The notes beneath the pieces were generated by a model. That model ran no database searches, had not been told where the DNA came from, and saw only the letters and a list, made by a program, of their open reading frames with translations. Below, in pieces: positions 1 to 9,923 of a DNA stretch of 64,000 nucleotides. Position 1 is the stretch's first letter; every line of letters starts with the position of its first letter. Position numbers and translations under genes: made by a program. The DNA comes from a virus: the IMG/VR virus record IMGVR_UViG_3300032287_003765, positions 4,924 through 68,923 of that record. One strand, given 5' to 3'.

Positions 1-59
1 CATTCGCGGTCGTCGGTGAAAGAACATCCATTGACAACCAGATTTTTTATCTGATGCAT
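1..59 (-). CDS. 5' part of an SGNH/GDSL-like protein (runs off the window start)
   Basis: Manual translation of the minus strand from the ATG at 59 gives MHQIKNLVVNGCSFTDDRE; GCSFT resembles SGNH block I. Not in the ORF track. Confidence 0.55.
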   Translation of the reverse strand, partial: MHQIKNLVVNGCSFTDDRE

Positions 60-437
60 TTATAGGACTTTTCTTACCAAAGTGATAGATTTGCGTTTGG
101 ATTTTTTCTTGCTCATTTCTGAAATACTGCATACCGGACCGTGCAAGATTTCTAAATCTTTGTTGGTAAATGTGCGCAAATATGGTCTAAACAAGTCCCA
201 ATCTTTCTTGAGAAAGATGTTTATGGGCACGCTGCGGTTGCTCTCCCACCACCAAACGTTGGCCAGTTCCAGAAACTTTTGCTTGGTCTCTAGGTCTGGA
301 ATGGCTCCGTAATCATATATGGTGGTTATAGTTTCATCTTGATTTTGGATGATACCCACATACTCGGTGGCAGAATACACACACAAAGTTATAAAAGGGT
401 ATTTTTCGGCCAACTTGTTGAAAAAATCGTTGCTCAT
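60..437 (-). CDS. hypothetical phage protein (125 aa)
   Basis: Clean ORF; minus-strand TAAATA at 448-453 lies 10 nt upstream of the ATG. Confidence 0.75.
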   Translation of the reverse strand: MSNDFFNKLAEKYPFITLCVYSATEYVGIIQNQDETITTIYDYGAIPDLETKQKFLELANVWWWESNRSVPINIFLKKDWDLFRPYLRTFTNKDLEILHGPVCSISEMSKKKSKRKSITLVRKVL

Positions 438-485
438 AAGTTAAGGATATTTACCAAACGGTTGGTCCGCCAAGATGCAAAACGC

Positions 486-491
486 TAAATA
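486..491 (+). promoter_or_regulatory. late promoter core TAAATA (representative of >20 copies)
   Basis: TAAATA/TAAGTA precedes genes at 486, 5889, 9110, 9658, 10338, 11030, 14932, 16893, 23750, 24025, 27077, 30559, 35540, 38309, 38594, 39117, 40662, 43593 and 51463, plus minus-strand copies. It resembles the T4 late consensus TATAAATA. Confidence 0.75.
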
Positions 492-497
492 CTGTGT

Positions 498-1658
498 ATG
501 TATTCCACCCAAGTCTATATCTATCAGCAGATCACGCGAGTTTTGCTCATGGATTCAGGTGCGGGCGAAACTTTTATCTATAGGTATGATCCAGTGTACG
601 CCAAAGTTCTGACCATAAACAAAGGTGTTGATAACGTGTTGTTGTTTGAGTTTATCAACCAGCAAGAAAAACCTGTCAACATCACAGGTAGCACGTTTCT
701 ATTTCGCGTGATCAGCACCGAAGGTGACCGTCTGTTGTTAGAAAAAGAAATGGTTACACTCAATGCACCCTCTGGCAGAGCCAAAGTCACACTCAACAGC
801 ACAGAACTGTTGGAAGTTCTAGCCCAGCCAGCCACATACAGCATCCAACGAAGCAGTGGCAATCTCACAGAAGCTGTGTTTGTGGATGCACAGGCCGGTG
901 CCCGTGCTCCGGTCAACATCGTTGACAGCATTTTGCCTCAATATGTGCCCAGCTCGCCCTTGACTATTCCCACCACAAAACTTTCAGCGCAGTTTAGTGT
1001 GGAGGGTTCGGGCTATGAAAACTGGCCGGCTAGTCCTTACTGGTCCGGCAATCCCAATGGCGGTAGCTACTGGAACAGCTATTTGAATCCCCAGTATTTC
1101 AGCAGTTTTATCGAACCCAGAAATTCAGTGACCACAGTGCAGATGGACTTGGTAGGCTATACCGGCACAATCAAATTCCAAGCAGCAGAAAACTATCAAA
1201 GCAAATTTTACAATGTTACCGAATCGGTGACCTATCTCAATCATACCGGCACCATATACTGGAATGTGATTGGTTGGTATCCTATCATCCGTGCCTGTTT
1301 TGACAGCAGTCTGTTTGCGGTGCCAAATTATCCTACTCCTAGCCCGGCTTCGGCCTATGCAGTGTGCGATGATGGAGTGGTGACCAGTATCATCATGAGT
1401 AACAATGGAACGGGTTATCTAGCACCTCCCAAAGTCAACATAGTGGGCACAGGTGCCGGTGCTACGGCCGAAGCTGTTTGGAATCCAGCCACTGGTGCGG
1501 TATCTGAAATAATTGTGACCAATGGTGGCAACGGTTATTGGCGAGTGCCCAATGCCATGGTCAGCGGCAGCGGCGCACAATACCCGGTCAGTCCCCAAAA
1601 CCAAGGTGCTGCCGTAATAATCAGCACCGGTTATGTTGAAAATCTACTGTATCGTTGA
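498..1658 (+). CDS. virion structural protein (baseplate/tail-associated)
   Basis: Late motif upstream; C-terminal GxGY...GAGATA...VTNGGNGY segments typical of myovirus baseplate/tail proteins. Confidence 0.6.
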   Translation: MYSTQVYIYQQITRVLLMDSGAGETFIYRYDPVYAKVLTINKGVDNVLLFEFINQQEKPVNITGSTFLFRVISTEGDRLLLEKEMVTLNAPSGRAKVTLNSTELLEVLAQPATYSIQRSSGNLTEAVFVDAQAGARAPVNIVDSILPQYVPSSPLTIPTTKLSAQFSVEGSGYENWPASPYWSGNPNGGSYWNSYLNPQYFSSFIEPRNSVTTVQMDLVGYTGTIKFQAAENYQSKFYNVTESVTYLNHTGTIYWNVIGWYPIIRACFDSSLFAVPNYPTPSPASAYAVCDDGVVTSIIMSNNGTGYLAPPKVNIVGTGAGATAEAVWNPATGAVSEIIVTNGGNGYWRVPNAMVSGSGAQYPVSPQNQGAAVIISTGYVENLLYR

Positions 1659-1661
1659 TCG

Positions 1662-1690
1662 TTGATTCTTTCCAAAAATCATGTTACAAT
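1662..1690 (+). promoter_or_regulatory. sigma70-type promoter of primase (TTGATT-N17-TACAAT, extended -10 TG)
   Basis: Direct motif reading; ATG at 1696 lies 5 nt after the -10. Confidence 0.5.
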
Positions 1691-1695
1691 GTAGC

Positions 1696-2679
1696 ATGAT
1701 TGATGTGATCTCTTACCTGCCCGCAAGACGTAAACCCAGTGCATCAGGCTGGACCAGTTTCAATGCACCCTGTTGCGAGCACAATGGCGAAAGCCGAGAT
1801 CGTCGCAACCGCGGTGGTATCAAGACGTCAGCGGCAGGCTGGAGCTATCACTGTTTCAACTGTGGCTACACTGCCAGCTTTATCATGGGACGCAATCTCG
1901 GCTTCAAGGCTCGTAAACTGCTGTCATGGTTGGGTGTGCCTCCAGAAGAAATAGAACGCATCAATCTTGAAAGCCTCAAACACAAAAACATGGAAGGTCT
2001 GCTGACAGATCGTCAACGCCTGAGCAATACTTTGCAAGGTATAGAGTTTGAGGAACGTGACCTGCCTCCGGCCGCAGAGTTGGTTACAACACAGCATCAC
2101 ACGCACTGGCAGTATCTGCGTGCCCGAGGTGTGCCCGAAGACTATCCGGTGATGACAGTGCTGGAGAATGACAAAGTGCATTGGACAAGACCACAGGTCA
2201 TTGTGCCGTTTACCTATGACAACCGCGTGGTAGGATACAGTTGCCGTATGCTAGACAATCGTCAACCTAAGTATATCCATGACACACAACCCGGCTATGT
2301 TTTTGGCACAGATCTGCAGGGCGAGGACTGGCGTTATGTGATAGTGGTTGAAGGTGTGTTTGACGCACTCTGTATTGGTGGACTAGCAGTGCTACACGCC
2401 GAGATCAACGATGCCCAGGCACGCCTGATCCGTAGTCTGGATAAAGAAGTAATCATAGTGCCAGACCAAGATAGTGCAGGAATGAAACTGGTAGACCGTG
2501 CAGTAGAATTGGGCTGGAGTGTGAGCATGCCTGACTGGCCTGCAGATGTCAAGGATGTCAATGACGCTGTGATTCGTTGGGGCAGATTGGCAACCTTGAT
2601 AACTATCTTGCAGGCCCGAGAAACCAGCCGAATCAAAATCGAACTGAGAAAGAAACAACTTGTCAAAAAATTATCATAA
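1696..2679 (+). CDS. DNA primase (T4 gp61-like; Zn ribbon + TOPRIM)
   Basis: CC...HCFNC zinc-binding region; TOPRIM motifs VVEGVFDA, PDQD and KDVND. Start chosen at MIDVISY. Confidence 0.9.
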   Translation: MIDVISYLPARRKPSASGWTSFNAPCCEHNGESRDRRNRGGIKTSAAGWSYHCFNCGYTASFIMGRNLGFKARKLLSWLGVPPEEIERINLESLKHKNMEGLLTDRQRLSNTLQGIEFEERDLPPAAELVTTQHHTHWQYLRARGVPEDYPVMTVLENDKVHWTRPQVIVPFTYDNRVVGYSCRMLDNRQPKYIHDTQPGYVFGTDLQGEDWRYVIVVEGVFDALCIGGLAVLHAEINDAQARLIRSLDKEVIIVPDQDSAGMKLVDRAVELGWSVSMPDWPADVKDVNDAVIRWGRLATLITILQARETSRIKIELRKKQLVKKLS

Positions 2680-3382
2680 ACTTTGGGTGTTCGGAGATAG
2701 TTACACCACACCTGGTAACTGTGTGGATCCAGCTGACAGTTTCTGGGGATTATTGGCCAAAACTGCCAATATACCAATCACAATTAATTGCTCTAGACCA
2801 GTCAACAGTTTTGATTCGATCTGTCAATTGCTGGTTGGCATGCAAAACGAAATTGATTGGAACAATGATTTGGTGCTGGTAGGAATACCACCATTGGAAC
2901 GTATAACTGTATTTGATAATTTCAAGGACACAGAATATTTGGGTCATAAAATCAATACCGACAACTGGCACCAAGAGACTTTTGATTTAGCTTGTCATCG
3001 GGGACTGGTTTGTCTACAGAACTATGGTTCCGACAAGCAGTTGATATTGCACTATGATAGATCTTGGTTAGAAACGCAGACCCTAAGAACAGTATTTTTC
3101 CTCACAACGTGGTTGGATTCTGTCAATGCCAACTACATGATATTGAATCTCAGCAAGGATTTTGATAAAAATAATGTTTGGGGTCCTAGTAATTTTGTGT
3201 TACCATATTGTTTGAATCATCCTAGATGTATTTTGTTTGAAAAAACATATCATGGTATCAATATTGGAGTCAATAAACCAGCGGATGAGGATGAACCGCA
3301 CGGACATCACGGGCCCGCTGGCAATCGATATTTTTTTGAAAAATCTCTTTTACCACAGATGCAAAGGTGCAATTTAATTTAA
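2660..3382 (+). CDS. SGNH/GDSL-hydrolase-like protein
   Basis: N-terminal VFGDSYT and C-terminal HHGPAGN (His); AT-rich gene between primase and helicase. Confidence 0.6.
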   Translation: MSKNYHKLWVFGDSYTTPGNCVDPADSFWGLLAKTANIPITINCSRPVNSFDSICQLLVGMQNEIDWNNDLVLVGIPPLERITVFDNFKDTEYLGHKINTDNWHQETFDLACHRGLVCLQNYGSDKQLILHYDRSWLETQTLRTVFFLTTWLDSVNANYMILNLSKDFDKNNVWGPSNFVLPYCLNHPRCILFEKTYHGINIGVNKPADEDEPHGHHGPAGNRYFFEKSLLPQMQRCNLI

Positions 3383-3383
3383 C

Positions 3384-4808
3384 ATGTTAAAAGACTACGG
3401 ACTTGAAGTCCAACGCTTATTCTTAGAAATGATGTTGCAGGACGCAGAAAGTTATGTGCGTGTGCAGAACATCTACAACCCAGAAAACTTTGATAGAAGT
3501 TTGAGACCCGCGGCTGAGTTTATCGCCCGACACAGCGATGAGCACAAAACTCTGCCCACTGCCGAACAGATCCGAGCCAGCACGGGCGTCGCACTCAATC
3601 ATATTCCTGACTTGAATGACGGACACTTTGAATGGTTCATGGATGAGTTTGAAAGTTTTACTCGCAGGCAAGAACTAGAGCGTGCTATCTTGAAGTCAGC
3701 AGACTTGTTGGAAAAAGGCGAGTATGATCCTGTGGAAAAATTGATCAAGGATGCGGTGCAGATCAGTCTGACCAAGGACATGGGCACAGACTACTGGGCG
3801 GATCCCAAGGCTCGTATCAACAAATACTTTAATTCGGGTGGACAGGTATCAACAGGCTGGGCACAGATGGACAAGATCCTGTATGGCGGATTCAGCCGTG
3901 GTGAGCTCAATATCTTTGCGGGCGGAAGCGGAAGTGGTAAATCACTGGTTATGATGAACATAGCCCTGAGTTGGTTGCAGATGGGCTTGAGTGGCGTGTA
4001 TATCAGTTTGGAACTGTCAGAAGAACTGTGTGCGCTGAGAACTGATGCTATGCTGGCAGGAATGAGCACCAAGGAGATCCGCCGGGACATAGATCAAACT
4101 GAACTCAAGGTCAAGCTGGTGAGCAAGAAAGCTGGACAGTATCGTATCAAAGCTCTGCCAGCACAGAGCAACATCAATGACATCCGCAGTTATATCAAAG
4201 AAGTGCAAGTTCAGACAGGATTAAAGGTAGATTTTGTCATGTGTGACTATTTGGACTTGCTGATGCCAGTCAGTGCCAAGGTCAGTCCCAATGACTTGTT
4301 TGTCAAGGACAAATATGTAAGTGAAGAACTGCGTAATTTGGCCAAAGAGCTCAATGTGCTGTTTGTGACAGCGAGTCAGTTGAATAGATCGGCTGTGGAA
4401 GAAATTGAATTTGATCACAGCCATATTTCGGGCGGCATATCAAAGATCAACACAGCAGACAATGTGTTTGGTATCTTTACATCAAGAGCCATGCGTGAAC
4501 GTGGCAAGTATCAGATCCAGTGCATGAAGAGCCGAAGCAGTACAGGTGTAGGACAAAAGATTGATCTGGACTACAATATCGAAACCATGCGCATCACTGA
4601 TCCCGGCGAAGAGGCCGGCCCGGTCAACACATTTCAAAAACCTAGCATATTGAACTCAATCAAGACTCAAAGTCGCATGACGCAAGCAATTTCAATTGAC
4701 ATCGATCAAACAGATAGCGACTCTTCTGACCAGCCTGCTAAGATTTCGGCTGATGTGCAAAGTGCCAAACTTCGACAACTGCTGGGTAAGATAAAGGCTT
4801 CAAACTAA
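3384..4808 (+). CDS. replicative DNA helicase (DnaB/T4 gp41 family)
   Basis: Walker A GGSGSGKS, SLELSE, Walker B CDYLD, TASQLNR, KSR. Confidence 0.93.
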   Translation: MLKDYGLEVQRLFLEMMLQDAESYVRVQNIYNPENFDRSLRPAAEFIARHSDEHKTLPTAEQIRASTGVALNHIPDLNDGHFEWFMDEFESFTRRQELERAILKSADLLEKGEYDPVEKLIKDAVQISLTKDMGTDYWADPKARINKYFNSGGQVSTGWAQMDKILYGGFSRGELNIFAGGSGSGKSLVMMNIALSWLQMGLSGVYISLELSEELCALRTDAMLAGMSTKEIRRDIDQTELKVKLVSKKAGQYRIKALPAQSNINDIRSYIKEVQVQTGLKVDFVMCDYLDLLMPVSAKVSPNDLFVKDKYVSEELRNLAKELNVLFVTASQLNRSAVEEIEFDHSHISGGISKINTADNVFGIFTSRAMRERGKYQIQCMKSRSSTGVGQKIDLDYNIETMRITDPGEEAGPVNTFQKPSILNSIKTQSRMTQAISIDIDQTDSDSSDQPAKISADVQSAKLRQLLGKIKASN

Positions 4809-4809
4809 A

Positions 4810-5865
4810 ATGACCATATATTCTACGTCCTCGTTGCATGTTTCTGGAGTATCAGTAAAATCTATCGAGTTTGCTCCAGGAGTTGAAATGTTAGATCAGC
4901 ATACAAAACTAGATGATTCTGACATTTTAATTTGGTTTGATATAATTGATCAAGACTGCCTCATGCAGGTTCACGCCATCAACGGGATACCCGGTCTTAC
5001 AATTTCTACCGCACATGACGCTAGATTTTTTGATTGGTTCAAAGTAGATCATTGGCCATTTTATCTCATACACACATCAAAATTTTTTGACATTACAGCT
5101 GAAAAATTTGACAATCTACCAACCCTCCACTGTTTTAATTTTTTAATCAGCAAAAAACAAATTAATCGCTATCTTTTGTTAAAGTTGGTTGAGTGGTTTA
5201 ATCTGACCAGCTTTGATTACACTTGGAGTGGTCTGGGTGGTCAAATGGATCTTACACAACTCATCTCGGAATTTGATAGAATTCCTGACTCATTGGTGTC
5301 CAATCAATCACAATTCAAAAACCATATGCTTGGGCCGGTTCTCAACATTCCAAAAAAATTCAAAAAAAACCCAGGATCACAAGTTTATAATCATGCCTTT
5401 GTTGACAAGACCGGAAACCCTGTTGAAAACTGGAACGACTTTATCGGACCCATCGTGTCACAATCGGCCGTCAGCCTGATTTCAGAATCAGTGGGTTATC
5501 ACAAATGGGCAGTGCATACCGAAAAAACTCTGTTTGCTGTGCAAGGATTGACGTTTCCAATCTGGATAGGTGGTTATAAACAAGCAGAAATCTGGGCAGA
5601 TAAAGGGTTTGATATTTTTGCAGATGTTATAAATCATGATTATCAATACTGCGAATCTTTGTTGGAAAGATGCACCCGAGCTTTCGCAGACAATTTGCAT
5701 ATACTCACTGATCTTGATTATGCACGTGAGCAAAAGAGCCTACACTTTGAGAGATTGTGTCAAAATCGTGACAACATGACTGCAAATTTAAAATCATTGG
5801 ATCAGGCTTTTTGGCAAAGGGCGGCGCAGGACCTATTAGCGGTTAGACCCACCGAACTTTATTAG
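4810..5865 (+). CDS. putative glycosyltransferase-like protein (paralog family A)
   Basis: C-terminal LISES...TEKT...FPIWIG...GFDIF..VINHDY block shared with 12322 and 44897. Confidence 0.45.
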   Translation: MTIYSTSSLHVSGVSVKSIEFAPGVEMLDQHTKLDDSDILIWFDIIDQDCLMQVHAINGIPGLTISTAHDARFFDWFKVDHWPFYLIHTSKFFDITAEKFDNLPTLHCFNFLISKKQINRYLLLKLVEWFNLTSFDYTWSGLGGQMDLTQLISEFDRIPDSLVSNQSQFKNHMLGPVLNIPKKFKKNPGSQVYNHAFVDKTGNPVENWNDFIGPIVSQSAVSLISESVGYHKWAVHTEKTLFAVQGLTFPIWIGGYKQAEIWADKGFDIFADVINHDYQYCESLLERCTRAFADNLHILTDLDYAREQKSLHFERLCQNRDNMTANLKSLDQAFWQRAAQDLLAVRPTELY

Positions 5866-5915
5866 ATCTGGTTTGGGCAGATTTGCAATAAATATCTAAA
5901 AGGTCCTGGCCCAAA

Positions 5916-6164
5916 ATGCAAAAGAAAACACGTAGTTTGTTAGAAGAATTAGATGCCATGTACATCCAGCGCGATCAGCGTCATGTCATTGAAAACCGCG
6001 CCAGCAACGTGATAGCCAGTGCCATACGCCTGCTGGAACAGATTGACGAGGCCTATTCAGAAGAACAGGCCGTAAACTTGAAACGCAAACTGCTCAACGC
6101 CATCAATCAGCGTGATCCTGCAAAATTCACCCGCACAGTGAGGCGCACAGATGCAAATTCATGA
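5916..6164 (+). CDS. hypothetical late protein (82 aa)
   Basis: TAAATA at 5889; first gene of an overlapping late operon. Confidence 0.7.
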   Translation: MQKKTRSLLEELDAMYIQRDQRHVIENRASNVIASAIRLLEQIDEAYSEEQAVNLKRKLLNAINQRDPAKFTRTVRRTDANS

Positions 6165-7209
6165 AGTGACCAAACTGCCAGTAAATGAAGGCATTGCTAG
6201 TGCCCTGGGCAGCATAGTAGGCGGCGCTCGAGCAGGAGCCAGCGCCTTGGGACAAAAACTCACCGGCGGCGGTGCTTTTTCGGCGGCCATGAAAGATCCT
6301 GTGCGTCAACAACAGATAAAGATGTTATCGGACAAAACCTACGACGCCTGGAAAGCCTATGAAAAAGATCTGTTGAAAGCCAATCCAGATGCCAAACAAG
6401 GTGACATGTATGAACAGGCTCTGTTGGCTTTCGTAAGTAAAAATTTACTGGGTGGACAGTATCTGCCCAATGTGATAAATCAGGCACAAATCAAAGCCTT
6501 GGTAAAACAACTTAGTGGTTCCGGAGCAACTGCCAAACCACCTCCTACGCCCGCTCCGGCCAAAGCCGCTCCCGGGGTGATGCCTTCCAGTGTCGCCAGC
6601 AGTGCCCAGGGGCAAAAAATGCAACAGGCATATGGACCGCCCCGAGGTGGAATTGAGGGCATGAAATCCGATCTTGAAGAAGTGACCATGGGACTGCCAT
6701 TGGGAAATTTACAACAGTATAAAGATACATCCAATCGTGTTAAATCAGCACCTAAACCAACTCCCACTGCTGGCGCCAGTTTGGGCCCGGGACAAATACC
6801 CGGCAAAGACGATCTGCTAAAAGGAAAAGGCAAAAGTTCTCAACCATCACAGACTGCACCAACAAGCGCTGTTGCACCAACACCGGCGGTTGCAACCATG
6901 TCACCACAAAAGGAAAAAGAACTATGGTTGAAATTGATACAACAGGCGGCCATAGCTCAAACACAGGCACCCGGAACTCAAACACAATCTGGCGCCAAAC
7001 CTTCGGCCAACACACAATCCGCCCAATCTGCCGGTGATGCCAGAAGTTATCAGCAACAATTAACTCAAAGAATGGATGCAGCCGTGATCAAAGGTCTTCC
7101 ATTGTTTGCCAATGAATCAATAAAAATGACCGGTGACAATCGTGTAGGCACCACTGGTAATCCTGTGGCCGATGCCTTGTTGCTCATGGCCGGTTTCCGA
7201 GGCATATGA
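6151..7209 (+). CDS. Ala/Pro/Gln-rich putative internal virion protein
   Basis: Low-complexity ORF in late operon; IHE/VNE/LEE sites resemble prohead-protease sites. Confidence 0.6.
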   Translation: MQIHEVTKLPVNEGIASALGSIVGGARAGASALGQKLTGGGAFSAAMKDPVRQQQIKMLSDKTYDAWKAYEKDLLKANPDAKQGDMYEQALLAFVSKNLLGGQYLPNVINQAQIKALVKQLSGSGATAKPPPTPAPAKAAPGVMPSSVASSAQGQKMQQAYGPPRGGIEGMKSDLEEVTMGLPLGNLQQYKDTSNRVKSAPKPTPTAGASLGPGQIPGKDDLLKGKGKSSQPSQTAPTSAVAPTPAVATMSPQKEKELWLKLIQQAAIAQTQAPGTQTQSGAKPSANTQSAQSAGDARSYQQQLTQRMDAAVIKGLPLFANESIKMTGDNRVGTTGNPVADALLLMAGFRGI

Positions 7210-9086
7210 TGAATGTTTTTGAAGGTGGCAACGTATTCAAAGATGAGGATGGTCGCAGTGAGACACAGCGTATCAATCAAACTGACGTAAAGTCTACTCT
7301 GGCCTGGTTGGAAGAACTGGTGCCTGGACTTGACCTACAAAACAACACTCTTGGATCGACTGGTATCAAAGACACGTCGGGCGACTTAGACATTGCCGTA
7401 GACACTGCTGAGGTCAGCAAAGAACAAATGGTAGCACAGCTCACACGCTGGGCACAGAGCCACGGATTCAAACCCGAGGAGTGGGTACGCAAATCAGGCA
7501 CAGCGGTACACTTCAAGACACCCATCAACGGTCGTCCTGATTCAGGATTTGTGCAGACCGACTTCATGTTCTTGCAAAATGTGCCCTGGTCAAAGTTTGT
7601 GCTGGGTGCCATGCCCACAGATAGCCGATACAAAGGCCGTGAGCGCAACGTGCTCATGAACAGCATAGCCAAGAGCATGGGTTACAAGTTGAACCAGATC
7701 GCTGGAATAGCAGATCGCAACACCAACGAGATCATCAGTGATGATCCAGATGCTGTGGCCAAGATGTTGTTGAACAAGACAGCCACACGCCAAGACTTGG
7801 CATCAGTGGAAAGCATACTGCAAGCCCTTAGCACGGATCCTGAACGTGAAGCCAAGTTGGCCGACTTCCGCGAACACATGAAGCGTGAAGGACTGCCATT
7901 CCTTGAAAGCGCAGAAATTTATCAACCTGTTTCAGATGTTCATTTCTTGTCAAAGTTGCGTGACCGCATAGTAAATCAAGGCATGCAACCTTTGATCGAA
8001 ACCACAATCATGGAAGCCGAGGCCAGGATTCCACACATAGAAGACATGGTGTTTGATCGTGGCACACGTGGCATTCAAGATGCCATGGCAATCATGCGTG
8101 ATGCGGCTGCAGACACTAGAAAACACACCACGGTCAAATGGGACGGCAAACCCGCCATCATCTGGGGAAGAGATGAAAACGGCAATTTTGTTTTAACTGA
8201 TAAAAGTGGATTCGGGGCCAAAGGTTATGCGGGGCGCGCCACCAGCATGGCACAGCTGGCTGGAATCATGAGTCAGCGCGGCGGTGAACGTGGAGATCTG
8301 ATAGGCATATATGAGCGTTTATGGCCCATGCTGGAAGCTTCTACACCCGACAATTTCCGGGGATATGTGTTGGGCGATTTGCTTTATATACAAACCCCTC
8401 CAGAGATATCGGGCAATTTTGAGTTCAAACCTAATTTTGTCGAATATCGCATACCGGCCAACAGCAGACTGGGCCAGGCCATTGGTGCCAGTGAAGTGGG
8501 CATAGCTGTGCATACTAGATATAAATCTGCAGATGCGCCTGCACAAGCAATCACAAGATTAGATATGAATTCTGTGCCTGGATTGTTATTGATAGAACCT
8601 ACAGCCAAAGATATAACCAATGTGACTTTGAATAAAAAATTAGTGGGTCAACTGCAAAACATAGTTTCCAATCATGGTGCTGATATCAATGGCCTTTTCA
8701 GTCCAGCTGAATTGAGATCTGCACAGATCAGCGATCTACCGGCCTTGTGCAAACGTTATATCAATAGCCGCATAACAACTGACTATGAAAATTTACTGCC
8801 GGATTTTGGTGCATGGTTACAGAAAAATGTAAGTCCACGCAAATACAACAATATTGTTGAATATCTGCAGAGTCCTCGAAGCAACATGGACGGTATCACG
8901 GCCGCATTCAGTGCCTTTTTACTGATGCATGAAATCAAGATGGACATGTTACAACAGCTGGATCGCCAGGAACCTGGACACGAAGGATGGGTGTTGGCAA
9001 CACCTGCAGGACGAGCCAAGTTGGTCAATAGATTTGGTTTTTCAGCCGGCAATCGTATACTAAACAACCCTGAATTGGTTTCCTAA
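7206..9086 (+). CDS. two-domain protein: Pol-beta-type nucleotidyltransferase + ATP-dependent (RNA) ligase-like domain
   Basis: N-terminal LGSTG..SGDLDIAVD and VQTDF; C-terminal TVKWDG, GDLLY, HEGWV and KLV (ligase motifs I/III/IV/V-like). Confidence 0.6.
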   Translation: MMNVFEGGNVFKDEDGRSETQRINQTDVKSTLAWLEELVPGLDLQNNTLGSTGIKDTSGDLDIAVDTAEVSKEQMVAQLTRWAQSHGFKPEEWVRKSGTAVHFKTPINGRPDSGFVQTDFMFLQNVPWSKFVLGAMPTDSRYKGRERNVLMNSIAKSMGYKLNQIAGIADRNTNEIISDDPDAVAKMLLNKTATRQDLASVESILQALSTDPEREAKLADFREHMKREGLPFLESAEIYQPVSDVHFLSKLRDRIVNQGMQPLIETTIMEAEARIPHIEDMVFDRGTRGIQDAMAIMRDAAADTRKHTTVKWDGKPAIIWGRDENGNFVLTDKSGFGAKGYAGRATSMAQLAGIMSQRGGERGDLIGIYERLWPMLEASTPDNFRGYVLGDLLYIQTPPEISGNFEFKPNFVEYRIPANSRLGQAIGASEVGIAVHTRYKSADAPAQAITRLDMNSVPGLLLIEPTAKDITNVTLNKKLVGQLQNIVSNHGADINGLFSPAELRSAQISDLPALCKRYINSRITTDYENLLPDFGAWLQKNVSPRKYNNIVEYLQSPRSNMDGITAAFSAFLLMHEIKMDMLQQLDRQEPGHEGWVLATPAGRAKLVNRFGFSAGNRILNNPELVS

Positions 9087-9155
9087 ACTGCCATTTTGGA
9101 TAGATCTCATAAATAAAAGTAGGTCCATTGTGACCATATATTAAGGAGAAACAAA

Positions 9156-9581
9156 ATGGCTTATATTACCCCCGTATCTGGTGGCGCACAACCAGTATTT
9201 GCAACCGACGTTCGCAACCCTGTTGCTGCTAATTCCACAGCAGTCGGTCAACCAGTAAACTTTGCTGGTCCCAAGTTAGACTTTTATCGCGTTGTAGCAA
9301 ACGTTTCTATTGCTTCACAGCAAGATGTCAACGAATACGTTTCCAACGTTATCCAAGGCATCCAGCGCACAGCCACAGTGGCAATGTATCAAGTTGACAC
9401 AGTTGGTGGTGTTGGTGTAATCAGCTTCGGCATTTACCCAACAGGTGCTTTTGGCGACTCTACAGCCAACCCACCCACAACCACAGACACCACAATCTTC
9501 TTGGCAGCTGCTAACGTTACCTACACAGGTTACCAGTTAGATTCTTGCCAGAGCTTGGGTTTCAAGTTGGCTGCATCCTAA
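9156..9581 (+). CDS. probably abundant small virion structural protein (141 aa)
   Basis: Own TAAATA (9110), strong SD TAAGGAGA, Ala/Val/Thr-rich, followed by a terminator. Confidence 0.65.
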   Translation: MAYITPVSGGAQPVFATDVRNPVAANSTAVGQPVNFAGPKLDFYRVVANVSIASQQDVNEYVSNVIQGIQRTATVAMYQVDTVGGVGVISFGIYPTGAFGDSTANPPTTTDTTIFLAAANVTYTGYQLDSCQSLGFKLAAS

Positions 9582-9601
9582 TCGAAAACATCGATTATAC
9601 C

Positions 9602-9625
9602 AAAAGCCCCGCAAGGGGCTTTTTT
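9602..9625 (+). terminator. intrinsic terminator
   Basis: AAAAGCCCC-GCAA-GGGGCTTTTTT. Confidence 0.9.
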
Positions 9626-9668
9626 ATTGACTTTGTGCCAGCTTCTGTTACAATAGTTAAATACAATC

Positions 9669-9923
9669 ATGCAGGTCAGCAAAATCACTGAAGTCACTAT
9701 ATTTGAAAGCCCCGACGGTGGTCGCACTGTGTATGCTCGTCGTCCTGGCCATACGGATCGAGAATTACACTGGCAAGATCCTACACTGCAACGTGAACTG
9801 GCTGAGCTAGAAGCGCAAAAACGTTGGGTGGACATATTCCAAGCACGCCGAGACAACGAAGAATTGAATCGCCTCTGTGAACAGGTCGAAATACTCTATG
9901 AACTAGGGCGGCAACAACCATGA
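9669..9923 (+). CDS. hypothetical phage protein (FESPDGG motif)
   Basis: ORF 5 nt after TAAATA. Confidence 0.7.
   Translation: MQVSKITEVTIFESPDGGRTVYARRPGHTDRELHWQDPTLQRELAELEAQKRWVDIFQARRDNEELNRLCEQVEILYELGRQQP

Noticed and set aside
5351-5372. A-runs as a programmed frameshift or phase-variation site
   Set aside because: The ORF reads through in frame as KKFKKN and I noticed no alternative-frame extension.
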